Origin: Vicugna vicugna
Lineage: Eukaryota
Length of the DNA stretch: 64,000 bases
Direction of reading: 5' to 3'
NCBI GenBank assembly: GCA_013265495.1
Contig: MU058796.1
Coordinates: forward strand, 248,001-312,000
The position numbers and the translations under genes were made by a program. Positions 53,294-64,000 of the stretch are shown one piece after another (within the stretch, counting starts at the first letter, position 1; each line of letters begins with the position of its first letter). Under the pieces are notes generated by a model. The model searched no databases. It saw only the letters and a list, made by a program, of their open reading frames with translations, and was not told where the DNA came from.

Positions 53294-53753
53294 TGTTGTG
53301 GGTTGAATTGGGTCCTTTCCAGAGATATGTTAAGGTACCTGTGAAAGAGATCTATCTTATTTGGAAACAGGGTCCTCGCAGATGTAATCAGGTTAAGAGG
53401 GAATCATACTGGATTAGGGTTTGCCTAAATCCAATGACTGGTGTCTTTCCAAGGAGAGGGAGATTTGGAGACATGGAGATACAAACAGAGAAGTGGACCA
53501 TATAATGACAGAATCAAAGATTGGAGCGACAGAGCTGCAAGCCAAGAAACAAAGATTGCCAGCAGCAACCAGATGCTGGGAAGAGGCCAAGAATGATTAT
53601 TTCCCAGAGACTTCGGAGGGAGTAAGGCCCTACTGACACCTTGACTTCAGACTTCCCACAAACAGAACCGTGAGAGAATAAATTTCTGTTGTTTCAAGCA
53701 CTTTGTCATGCAACTTGTGATATTTATTATGGCAGCTCTGGGAAACAAATACA
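53294..53753 (+). mobile_element. MaLR solo LTR (MLT1B/C-like) with 5-bp TSD
   Basis: TG...CA ends, 'tgttgtgggttgaattg...gagagaataaatttctgttgttt...ggaaacaaataca'. Flanks gttac/gttat. Confidence 0.88.
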
Positions 53754-54848
53754 GTTATCTAATTGTTAAAGTTGTAAAAACAAATATAAGTGTGTGATTA
53801 AAGAACATACCTGTCAGAGATAGAGGTGTCAATTTTAGAAACTTTAGAACAGAGACTGTAGTTCAAGTTTAAATAGTTCAAGCTGCTAAGAAAATAAGCA
53901 GCTCTATAGAGAGGAGAATTGACAGCATAGTCTTGAAAACCACTCATAGTTGAGGAAGCTGAGCAGGGAAGTGTGGTAACCCCGAGAAGTCATTTAATGT
54001 CCCCAAGCCCCACTATCCAATTCTGTGTAAAAGAAAAGGCTGAATTCGACAATCCTGCATTCTTTTGCAGCTCTATTATTTTACATCCATCATTAAGCTG
54101 CTACTTTGGTCAGACACTGGGAAGCTAAGAAGCAATAAGAGGAAAGTGCAGAGTATTTTGGTGATAATGACGACAATAGGGATACTTTGTATTATGTCTT
54201 TCTGGGGAGTTCAAAACATTTTTATCTATAATATACTATTAATCCTAACACCTTCACTACGAAACAGAACAAGCATTATCATCATTTAAAGGATAAAGAA
54301 ACCAAGACACGGGAGAGTTAAATGAAAAAGATTCTTCAGTGTAATATATTGCCTGAATGAGGCAGAATGCTTATCAGGAGAAAAACTAATGACAATATAA
54401 AGAGCGCAGAAATAGTGGTGGGAGACCCATCACGTTCCTGCACTCTCCCTCCCTTCCTTCCTCCTTGTCTCCCTCCTCCCTGTCTCTCCTCCCTCCCTCT
54501 CTCCTCTAAATTACCTTGCCCTTATTTGTAAAAATAGAATTTGGCTACAGAATATTTGACACTCAACAAAAGAGAAATAATTGACATGTTGGGTGATGAG
54601 GAAAATAGGTATTTTTCTTCCTGGTTATTTCAAGTGTTTTCCTTCTTAGGGTTAATGAATAAAGAATAGCTATGTTAGGTAGTCTATCATTTCTGTAAAG
54701 CTGTCAGTTTTCTCCAGTCTTTAAGGACTAGAACAGCTATCAATGGCATTTTACTTACAGAAAGAAACTACAGAGCTGCCAGTTCTATGTCGTGAGAGTT
54801 GAGCCTCATTTTGTTCTTTAGAAAAAGCCAATTCTTAAGCTGTCTTAC

Positions 54849-54941
54849 CCCTTCACAAGGGACATGCCGAATGTGCTTCAACAAAGTATTAAAATTGTAC
54901 CCTTTTTTGTGTTGTAGTTGCAGTCTTTGGGGCGCTGTTAC
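54849..54941 (-). CDS. Candidate 93-nt internal exon of the unidentified minus-strand transcript (phase 0: VTAPQRLQLQHKKGYNFNTLLKHIRHVPCEG)
   Basis: Strong acceptor 'ctttttcaactatttttcaatttttag|GTAACAG' and donor 'GAAGGG|gtaaga'. Length is a multiple of 3, one frame is fully open and CpGs are retained. Coding status is unproven. Confidence 0.45.
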
Positions 54942-56365
54942 CTAAAAATTGAAAAATAGTTGAAAAAGTTGACCAACGTAAATAGTCTGTATTAAAACAC
55001 AGACTTCACCAGCAACCGTGACTTCCCGTTGGCGGTAACCATCTTAAGAGCAAATCATACTAGAAAATAATGGCATGCTTTGCATGAGTCCAACTGTGGG
55101 CTATATATAGTTAAAAGTTCTTTGTTTAAAAAGCTGTCAGAGAGGAATTTTCATTCTTTCATTTGCCTTTGAAGAGTGATTAGCCTGCAGCAATCTCAGC
55201 TATATTTTTTCCACTATGACACAATAACAACCCCAAGTGGCACACCCCCTGAATGATTGGAAATTGGGTTAGGCTGCAGGAACTTGAGACCCAAAACACA
55301 GTGGCTTAAACATCCTTCACAAGGCCCCACTCGTGACAATGAGTGGCTTTCTAGTGTGGTTTCCTGGTGGTACCTCCCTAGCAGTGTTCCACTTTTTGTC
55401 ACCTCTGGACCGGTGAATACCAGAGACCAACTAACACCACTGAAGACCAAGGCAGTAGCGTTGCTCGTGTCAGTAAACTGTCGTTTCAATGACCTGCTAC
55501 ACTTTCAAATAAGCTGTAAAGTAGGACTCATGTAATCATCATTCAAAACGTGTGAAAACTGACACAAGGAAATTTTAGTTTAAAAGATCCTTCAACTGTA
55601 ACAGAATGACTGGCCAGGGAAGTAGACCTGTGAGACATTCCAAGGCCTCTGGACGAGAGAGTCCATGAAGGAATGGGTTCTACTTCAGTCCTTTGTCCAG
55701 TGCTTCAGAGCAGACATTTAATACATATTTGCTGAGGTGCAAATGAAAGCATTTGTACCTATACTTTACCAGGAAGAGAAAAGTGGCAGTTATACAGTTT
55801 AATGATGCCTTAAAGACTCATGAATACTAGAATGGTGTAGGCATGGGTGGGTGGGAAAGTAGGGAGAGCTGAGTTAAAGATGGGGGGAGGGGATAGCTCT
55901 GCTCTGTCTGCATTGATATTTTATTTATTACAATGATGTCAAACCAGATACACACCCCACATCAAAGGGTTTTCTAGCACCCTTAATAATTATCAGTAAA
56001 TGTTAGTTAGTCATTATTCTTATTACTATTTTTCTTATCATTCTAGAAATGGGCGATAAGTTCAGAAGTCATGAAAACTGAATCCGTATATCCATAGCAA
56101 ATGTGACTATGAAGGCACATGACCAGTAAAAATATATTTGAAAGTATATCCAATTTATCCAACCAACTTGGTGCCCTTAATGGCTTTCTTTTCTCCCATG
56201 ATCTGAACTCTAGACACTGTAAAAGCTCCCCATCCTGGAAATAGTTGTCTAGTAAACGCTTTTAAGTAAACCCAAGAGAGATAGGCCTCTAACTGAGCTG
56301 GGTTTCTTAGGCATTGATCACAGAGATAGTTGGGGCTATATTCAGATGCTATGATATTAGTTGTT

Positions 56366-56388
56366 TTATTATTATTATTGTTGTTGTT

Positions 56389-56421
<33 letters not shown>

Positions 56422-56440
56422 ATTATTATTATTATTATTA
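56366..56440. repeat. Compound (TTA)n/(TTG)n trinucleotide repeat
   Basis: About 25 TTR units. This repeat explains the poly-N and poly-L ORFs in the track. Confidence 0.95.
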
Positions 56441-56902
56441 ACTGAGAGAGAGTTTGGCCCTGGACCACAGCTGTGGTTTGATCCGAAGCAGCTGGGAGCC
56501 ATCCTTGGCTTGTTGATGAGACTCACTGTCAGTAGTTTGTATCTTAATGGCTTTATCCAGGCTGATAGTTTAACAATCATGTTAGTTATGGTGAATCACA
56601 GCATTTTTGGAGTTTTTCTTTCAATGTTGCCTTCAAATCCTGCATCTCATTTTTTTAAATGACTTAACCTTTTAAAGTTGAATTGGACTTTTAGAACCAC
56701 CAAATCATTGAGGGCTAAGCCTGATGAGAAAGGAAGAGATCTAGCTGGGTAAATACTGAATAATATCAATCATAAAATGTGACCCTAAAGTATGATTTAA
56801 TTGGTTTGAATGTGTAAGTCCCAATGGATGTGTTAAACAACAGAGAATTTTTTTATGTACTTCTCTCATCAGGCTACGTATATGTCCCCTCTTAATGAAT
56901 CT

Positions 56903-57050
56903 GGAAGGATGGTATAGCTCAGGGTAGAGTGCGTGCTTAGCATGTACAAGGTCCTGCGTTCAATCCCGGTAGCTCCGTTAAAAAGAAAAGAATAAATAAA
57001 CCTAACTACCGCCCACCCCCCCCTCAAATTTTTTTAATAAAATTTTTAAA
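56903..57050 (+). mobile_element. tRNA-Ala-derived SINE (camelid Vic-1-like)
   Basis: 'ggtatagctcagggtagagtgcgtgcttagcatgtacaaggtcctgcgttcaatccc' carries A and B boxes, followed by 'aaataaacctaactacc...cccc' and an A/T tail. Confidence 0.8.
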
Positions 57051-57064
57051 AATCTTGATTGAAA

Positions 57065-57280
57065 TAAATCAATTACTGAGTGATAAGCCAGATATTCAGT
57101 ACATTATCACATCTTTTTCTCACAACAGCCCTGAGAAGTTAGGATTATTATCCCATTTTACAGAAAGGAAATTCAAATTCACAAGCAGGCCCTATGACGC
57201 CACCTATTTCTTCGGTAGAATTAGTATTTAAATCCAGGTTGTTCATGGGGGAATGCTTTCTTTCCGCCATTCGTAATTGC
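57065..57280 (-). mobile_element. MIR SINE
   Basis: 'ctcacaacagccctgagaagttaggattattatcccattttacagaaaggaaa'. Confidence 0.75.
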
Positions 57281-58314
57281 TTCAGTTCTAGTCTTCCTAA
57301 GCCCCTGTCCAGGAAGAATATTTGTAGAAAACATAGTACTTCCTCACTTCTAAATCAATCAAATGGCAAACATATGCCATAACCTCTTCTCAAGAAGAAA
57401 ATGAATTTTTTTTAGGCTCAAAAACTAAAGTCGTTTTACTTCACAAATATTTATGACTTGTATTAGATATCTTTACTTCTCTAGTAAATAACAAGAAATA
57501 ATATGATTTATTTTAGATAAGGTTTTAAGATTGTTTAAAAGCTCTTACATTTAGAGTATAGTACCTGAATCACAGATTGTATATTATTCCCAAGTCTCAT
57601 TAGAGTTTTCAAGGAGAAAGTCATCCTTTTATCTACCAGCTAGTAGAGTATCTGCCAATAGAATTTATAGTGCAAGAGTGACCATTAACTCCTACTTCTT
57701 TAAAGTACATTTTCTCTTACAGACCTTGACAGTTTAGACATAGGGCAAAAGTTCCATTTACTGACTTCTAGTTGAAGAAGATTAAAAGAGTATTTTGAAA
57801 AGAAATGCTAATAAAAAATGAAGGTTGAATCATACATGCTTCCAAGGAAAAAGATAATATCATACATATGCCAGTTATATATATTTTCCCTTGATATTAA
57901 ATATTATGTCATATTAAATGCCTAAAGGTATTAACAAAAACAACCTTACACTTTATAAAATGAGATCTGATACTGTCTAAGGCAATATTTTCAAATATTG
58001 CCTGTATAACACATGGTAAAGTTAAGTTTTGAATTATGAATGTAAACTCCATATCCACTGCTGTTCCCCCATCAAACAGAATAGAGAACAGGGCTTGGCA
58101 CATAATAGGCAATAGACAGACATTTGCTGTTGAATGAATATATGTATATGTGTATGTATTTTTTATTAATCTTTTATGCTAGATCAAAATGTAAAATGTA
58201 TTTCTTAATATAGTGCAAGATAAAATTTTTGGAAAATTTTCATACACACATATACATGCATATACATACACACATACACATACATAATACATAATGGTTA
58301 TACATACAAATATA

Positions 58315-58560
58315 ATCTCTTAGGTAAGATTTCCTAGAAGCAGAGTCTGAGTCTTGTGCAAATGCTAAATTGAGAGTGTTTTCAGGAGACATCTATAAGG
58401 GAGGGAGATGAGCAGGATAAGGCGGTGGAGAGAAAGCAAGGCAAAGCTGTGCTTTCGGAAGTCTAACCTCCTAGCTTTCTCCAGGAAAGGCAGCTCCCTT
58501 CAGACAAGGGCAATTCCCTTCCCCAGAGAAGGGGGCAGTGATAAGCCAGACTCCTGCCAG
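58315..58560 (-). mobile_element. LTR16/LTR33-like fragment
   Basis: 'ttcctagaagcagagtctgag...gcaggataaggc...gggcaattcc...ccagagaagggggcag'. Confidence 0.55.
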
Positions 58561-59637
58561 ACTAAAAGCTGATTTATAGAGCACCTAGTCCATGCCAAGA
58601 ACGGTATTAAGCCCTGGACTCTCACCTTGCCTCATGGAGATTATAGTTTAGTGGGTCAAATTTGTTGAAAACATAGAATACATATAATAGAATACTTTGT
58701 AATAGGACAGGGAACCATTTCCACCACAAATCAGACCCCTTAGATGACCCTCAAATTTCTTTCACTTCTTAGTTTTCCTGCATTTTCCTAATTCTTCACA
58801 ATGAAACCAGCACCTGCATTTAAGATGTGTGACGTCAATGTGAAGGCATGCATTGAGCTTGATAAGTGACCTAGAGGAATTTTTGAATAAATTTCTTACA
58901 ATATGTAAAATGTATTACAACTTTAAAGTTTGCAATTATAAGAATAGTTACAAGAAGTGGCAAAAAAAAGTGTCAACTATGCTATTGATATGGAAATTAA
59001 AAGTTACATTTCTGAAGAAAAGAATTCAGCAGAATCTTCACAAAGCTAACCAAGCAAAACAATTTCTAATCTACTGTTGGCTTCTACATGTTCTTCTAAC
59101 TTTAGATGATGTTTTTAATGTTTGGATGATTAAAATAATAAGCTATACGACCTAATTTTGATTTGTGAACATACATCAATATTGAAGAACAGTGGAAAAG
59201 TCTACTTAATCTCTTTCTTGCACCATTCTCACTTCATTACTGTTTTCTTTTTCTTTCCCCAGAATGCATCAAGAATTTCTACCTAGTCAATCTGAACCCA
59301 AAATATAGATTTAATCATGTTACTCACAGGTTCCAATACCGTCACTTGTTGTGGCTCCTTTACAGTCTGGAATCTACCTTGCCATCCCTATCTCCTACCA
59401 GTTGTCACACACTGGATTTAAACCCAGCTTGATTCCCTGTCCCATTGACTGACCTTTCCCAAGAGCCAAGGCCATTTGTCCTCCAGTTGAATGCTCCCTA
59501 CCCGCACCCCTGGATCTAACACTGACCCAAGTCAGAAAGCACAGAGTACATAGGTGGATTTATGACTCTCTAATTCACTTTGGGAAATTGAGGATTAATG
59601 ACCTTATCTCCTGCCTCGCTCTTACCTTGCAGTCTAT

Positions 59638-59963
59638 CTTAGTGCTTCTCAAATTGCAATGTGCATATAAATCACCCAGATCTTGTTAAAATGCAGGTTC
59701 TGATTGGTAGGTAGGCATGGAGCCTGCAATTCTACATTTCTAACAAGTTTTGAGTGATGCCAGAGCTGCCAGTCTGGGGACTGCACTTTAAAGAGCAATG
59801 TATAATACACTGATTCTCAAATTTGTCTGTATCTTGGAATTACTCACTGATACCTGGGTCCCATACCCAGATATCTTCACTTGATTAGTATGGGGTACAA
59901 CATAGAAAGTTTTTTAAAGCCCCCAGTTAATTCTAATGTGCCACAAGTTTGAGAAACACTGCT
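59638..59963. mobile_element. Two adjacent MER5-family MITEs
   Basis: 'agtgcttctcaaattgcaatgtgcatataaatcacc...atttctaacaag' and 'ttctaatgtgccacaagtttgagaaacactg'. Confidence 0.75.
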
Positions 59964-60357
59964 CTAATATATGCCCTAGTTCTGATCATTATGTCCTTGA
60001 TTGTTCTACTTTACTTGAGATCTAGTCTCAGTAGTCTACACAGTGTGATTATTGTCATTCTAACTTCCTCCTCCTAGCCCTGAATCAGACACTGGAGCTC
60101 TTTTTCCTGAATGGCCGAATGGCTGGGAAATAGCTCGCTCCCAAAATAGCTGGGGACCTGCTAAATTTTGAGAAATTTTCTTGATGTTGATTATAGGGCT
60201 TGTTGGCCTAGATTTTTTAATCTAGGCTCTGAGATTATTGGCTCTGAGAAATCCTATCACAGCAGGTTTTTCATGCCCATCAAATATTTCTTAGGTGGCA
60301 TTCTAATAGTCAATAGGCACATAAGAAACATTTGATGACATAAATTTGAAAAAGAAT

Positions 60358-60950
60358 GACTTGTTCATGTATTCAGTTAAATCCTTACCAAGCACCTCTT
60401 TTGTGTCAGACACTATTCTAGGATCTAGGGGTACAGCATTAAATAAAACAGACCAAGTAAAGCTCCTGGCCTTTTGACACCTACATGCTAATACAAGAGA
60501 CAGATAATAAGCAAATAAACACATAAAACAAGCTCAAGTAGTTATAAAATTATGAAGAAGTATAGCAGAATAAAGAGCTAGACAACAACAGAGTCTGATA
60601 TTTCACATAGGATGATCTAAGGAGGGTCTCCTGTGTAGGAAACGTTTGAGCAAGACCAGAAGGAGGCTAGGAAAAAACTCATAGTTGGGAGGAAGAAGAC
60701 ACCAGGCAGACGGAAGAAGCAAGGGCAAAGGCTACTAGCAGGTAGCTTAGAGTGTTAAAGGTAGAGCAAGCAGGCCATTGTGGATAGGGCTGAGTGTGCA
60801 GGAGGGTATGTTAGGGGCAGAGGGGGATAGGTGGGCAGGGGCCAAGATTAGAGACAGCCAGATCAGACAGTCAGGACTTTTACTCAAGGTAAAATGGAAG
60901 TCTTTGGAGGGATTTGAGCAGAGGATTTAAAAAGGACTGACTTGGCTATA
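60358..60950 (-). mobile_element. L2 3' region
   Basis: 'tgtgtcagacactattctaggatctaggggtacagc...tggaagtctttggagggatttgagcagagg'. Confidence 0.8.
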
Positions 60951-61189
60951 ATAGATTTTTTATATCAAAATCTATTTGATAATGATTGCATAATGTTTTC
61001 AGCTGCTGAACTGCCTGTTAATATTTTAGGATCTACTGCAGAGGAGGGTTTATCATCATCTACCCTTTCCTAAGTGTTTAATGGTTAGACAATTGTTCTT
61101 CAGCTCTGTAGTCCCAACATGCAGAGAGAAACTGAGAGCTTTTATGTAGACTACATCTTTGTAAAATCCTCATTTGGCTTTTTAAATAT

Positions 61190-63040
61190 GGATGCAAGTG
61201 TGGGAATCTCTCCTTCAGGTGGAGCACTCAGTACCTCACACATCCTGTTTGAATGCCTAACACACATCTCAGACTTAATATAATCAAAACAGAACCATTG
61301 ATTTTCTCTGTCAAATCTACACCTTCCATTTCAGTGAACAGCACCATCACCTATCCAGTGGTTCAGGTCTAAATTGAGTTGCCATCTTAGATTCCTCCTG
61401 ATCCTCACATCTAATCCATCATGAAGACTTGTTGGCTCCACCTCCAAAGTGTTTCATGAACCAGTCACTGTTACCACCGCCACTGCTGTAATTTTAATTC
61501 CCACCACCATTTGCAGGAGTGAGAGGAATCAAGGGTTCAGTTTTTGACATCCTAGGTTTGAAAGATCAATCAGACCCCCAAAAGGAAGTGAAGTAGGTAG
61601 TGACATAAATGACTCTGAAGTTCAAGAGAAAGGTCTGGGCTACAGATGTACTTTTGAAAGACTTATGGGTTCTAGTGGTATTTAAAGCCACAAGACTGCA
61701 TAAGATCAGCTAGGAAATATGTGAATATAGGGGGAAATGTCCCAGAACTGAGCCCTGGAGCACTTGAAGAAAGGAGACCAAGTAAGAGTCCCAAAGATGT
61801 TGTAGGAGGATCCAGAGAAAATGGTATTCTGGAGCCAAGAAAGTGTTTCAAAAGGGAGACATGATCAACTTTGTCAAATACTGCTTACAGACTAAGATGA
61901 AGATTAAAAAATCTACCACTGAACCCAGGTGACAGTGATCTCTTGCCTGGACTGCTGCAGTAGCCCAGTAGCCTCTTTATCCATTTTCCTGTCTCTCGTC
62001 TTACCTCCTTACAGGCCGTTGTCCACTAAGACAAAACAAATAACAACAACAACAACCAAAAAAACCCCACATAGCTCTCTTTCTAAAGCTTGATCAAATC
62101 AGATCATTCCCCCACTTTAAACCCTCCAATGGATTAAACTTACTGCAAATGGACTTAGAACAGGCAAAGTTACACATCATCTGGCTTCTGCCTACTTCCC
62201 TAAACTCATCTCCCTCCACGTTTCCCCTACTGGCTCCAACCAAGTTAGCTTTGAGTCCTATTCTGTGGAAGACAGACGCTGTTGATGCCCTGTCTTTATC
62301 CTCCCAGCCCTTGAAGAGGTTTCAGCATACTGACATTTTCCTATCTGTAGCATCTAGGTTTCTCTTCCTCTTTGCCTGAGGATTTTCTTTAATTCTTCAG
62401 GAATTTGCTTGACCTCCACAGGTACAACCTAAAAATGCAGGAGAGTTAACACCCTGAGGATAATACTCAGCCAGTGAGTTACAGGAGAAGGCAGATACAC
62501 GGCCCAGCCTCCCAGCCCCCTGGCTAGGATGACTGTGAGGTGAGTTCCAAATGGTTTCTCTCCCGGGGCTCCCCCCAAGGAGAAGTAAGTCCCGGTTGAC
62601 TATAGCAGTAACCCTCTCTTAACACACACTTTCTTGGTTTTTCTGTCTCCTTATCTACACTTTCTCCATTTCCTCTCTGGTACTTCCTAAGATGACCTCC
62701 CAAATAAACCACCTGTTCCTTGGCCTTATCTCAGGGTCTGTTGTGAGAAGCCCAGCTTAAGGCACATGCCAAGCCAGTTCCCATACTTGGTCTTTTGTAG
62801 ATGTTCTGCCTTCAGCTTACAAAGCTCTTCCCTCAACCTTTTGCATGGGATCCTTCTTATCAGAGGTTCAGCCTGAATGTTTCGTCCTCAAAGAAACTCT
62901 CTGACCCTCTGGTTCAAGTAGCTTCCAACAGTCACTCTATCATGATTGCATCTTCCTCATAGCATCCATTAGTGCTGAAGGGTTACCTTATTTATTATTT
63001 CATGAGTTTATTGGCTGTCTCACTCCTTCCCTCCTCATGG
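61190..63040 (+). mobile_element. L2 element with an internal opposite-orientation L2 segment (about 61515-61937) and a nested LTR
   Basis: Sense L2 motifs 'catctcagacttaata...ccaccat | tctcttgcctggactgctgcagtagcc...aaaccctccaatgg'. Confidence 0.7.
62270..62764 (+). mobile_element. LTR16-like solo LTR
   Basis: 'gcaggagagttaacaccc...acctcccaaataaaccacctg...tctcagggtctg...cccagcttaaggca'. Confidence 0.75.
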
Positions 63041-63350
63041 TCAGCATACACACCCCCATACACATTCATGAGAAGATTGTAAGAACTCCTTACTCATGGG
63101 ACACAAGCTTATAAGAATTCTTTAAAAGCACCAACTCTCTCTGCCTCCTTGCTTAGCCCTTAAAACAGTTCCCAGTCTAGAGAACAAAGTCAATTTTTGT
63201 AGACTGACTCAAGGCTCTGCCTCTTCTGCTGGAGTTCATGTACTCTTCCCATGACTGCTCATTATTATACCAGGAAGTCTGCATTTGTATACCAAATAAG
63301 CCTGAAATTTGATACATCTTCCAAGAACATACATTTGATCAGAGAAAAAG

Positions 63351-63401
63351 TATGTGTATGTGCACGTGTGCATGTGTGCGTGTGTGTGTGTGTGTGTGTG
63401 T
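63351..63401. repeat. Interrupted (TG)n microsatellite
   Basis: TG run with CA/CG/TA interruptions. Confidence 0.9.
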
Positions 63402-64000
63402 CGGAAAGTATTAAGTCATTTACTTCTCAGTAATTAAAATTTTTATTTTTATATTTAAACAAACAGGTATCTTACAGAGTAACATGGGAGATTCTCACCG
63501 GCTTTCATGATAAAATAAGTGTTCAGTGTCCCTTGCTTTAGGGGTACTTTGATGGGAAAGTCTGAAAGCCTTCCTCTAAGGGACTCATCCTCTAATTGGA
63601 AAAAGGGAGGAAACTCTAATGGGAATGGACAGCTACACAAGCTGTCCCTATTTTTTCCTTCTAAGCTTTTTTCCCTGTTCTCAGGAGCCTTAAAGCCATT
63701 ACCCATACTTCCCCATTTCCTGGCCCAGTTTTCCCCAAACTGAGTTCCCCAGAACCATTAATTTATGTTCTTTAGAGATTAAAGGATCTGTGCTCAAATA
63801 AAATTGGAAAACACCAGAATATACTTCCTTAGGACCTGTAATGTGTGCATGTGCACTTTCTTACATCAAAGAGAGGCTGCTTATGAGGCCTCCGAAACTT
63901 ACTTGACCCTGAAATCCTTTTGAGAGTTTTTGAAAACAGATTGGGAAACACTGTGCTGACCCAAGAGGAAGAAGATGGTACTCCAAAACCCGAGCACATT

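Noticed and set aside
56155..56662. 141-aa poly-Asn and 110-aa poly-Leu ORFs
   Set aside because: Both are by-products of the TTA/TTG microsatellite.
56903..56978. tRNA-Ala(AGC)-like sequence
   Set aside because: The acceptor stem and D-loop are degenerate and a SINE body and tail follow, so it is a SINE and not a tRNA gene.
60950..60982. Short AT-rich inverted repeats (also at 5301-5326)
   Set aside because: Arms of 10-12 bp in very AT-rich context are expected by chance.
1..64000. CRISPR arrays, operons, defence systems, known miRNA hairpins, CpG-island promoter
   Set aside because: No regularly spaced repeats, gene-dense coding sequence, recalled mature miRNA match or CpG island was seen. 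The sequence is mammalian intronic/UTR DNA.

Overview
This is AT-rich mammalian genomic DNA, most likely from a camelid, judging by a tRNA-Ala-derived Vic-1-type SINE and two young artiodactyl-type L1 3' ends. There are no prokaryotic operons, CRISPR arrays or convincing RNA genes. The ORF-track ORFs are chance, microsatellite-derived or decayed retroelement frames. Much of the window is interspersed repeats: L2, MIR, MER/hAT, MLT1, LTR16/33, CR1/L3 and L1. One two-LTR ERV-L provirus (about 21.5-26.4 kb, minus strand) retains PBS, PPT and gag/RT/IN/dUTPase remnants and carries a microhomology-joined RT-to-IN deletion. The best gene-like signal is the 3' end of an unidentified minus-strand transcript: a 93-nt internal exon (54849-54941) and a terminal exon starting at 18848, followed by about 7.4 kb with no recognisable interspersed repeat and ending at an AATAAA near 11471. 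I cannot name the gene, and it may be non-coding. A plus-strand 106-nt exon-like segment lies antisense inside this putative 3' UTR. The most unusual structure is a ~280-bp fold-back palindrome (45640-45926) that looks like a locally templated inverted insertion flanked by a 15-bp target-site duplication. I found no clearly novel multi-gene system. Repeat subfamily names come from recalled consensus motifs, not a database search, and repeat boundaries are approximate.
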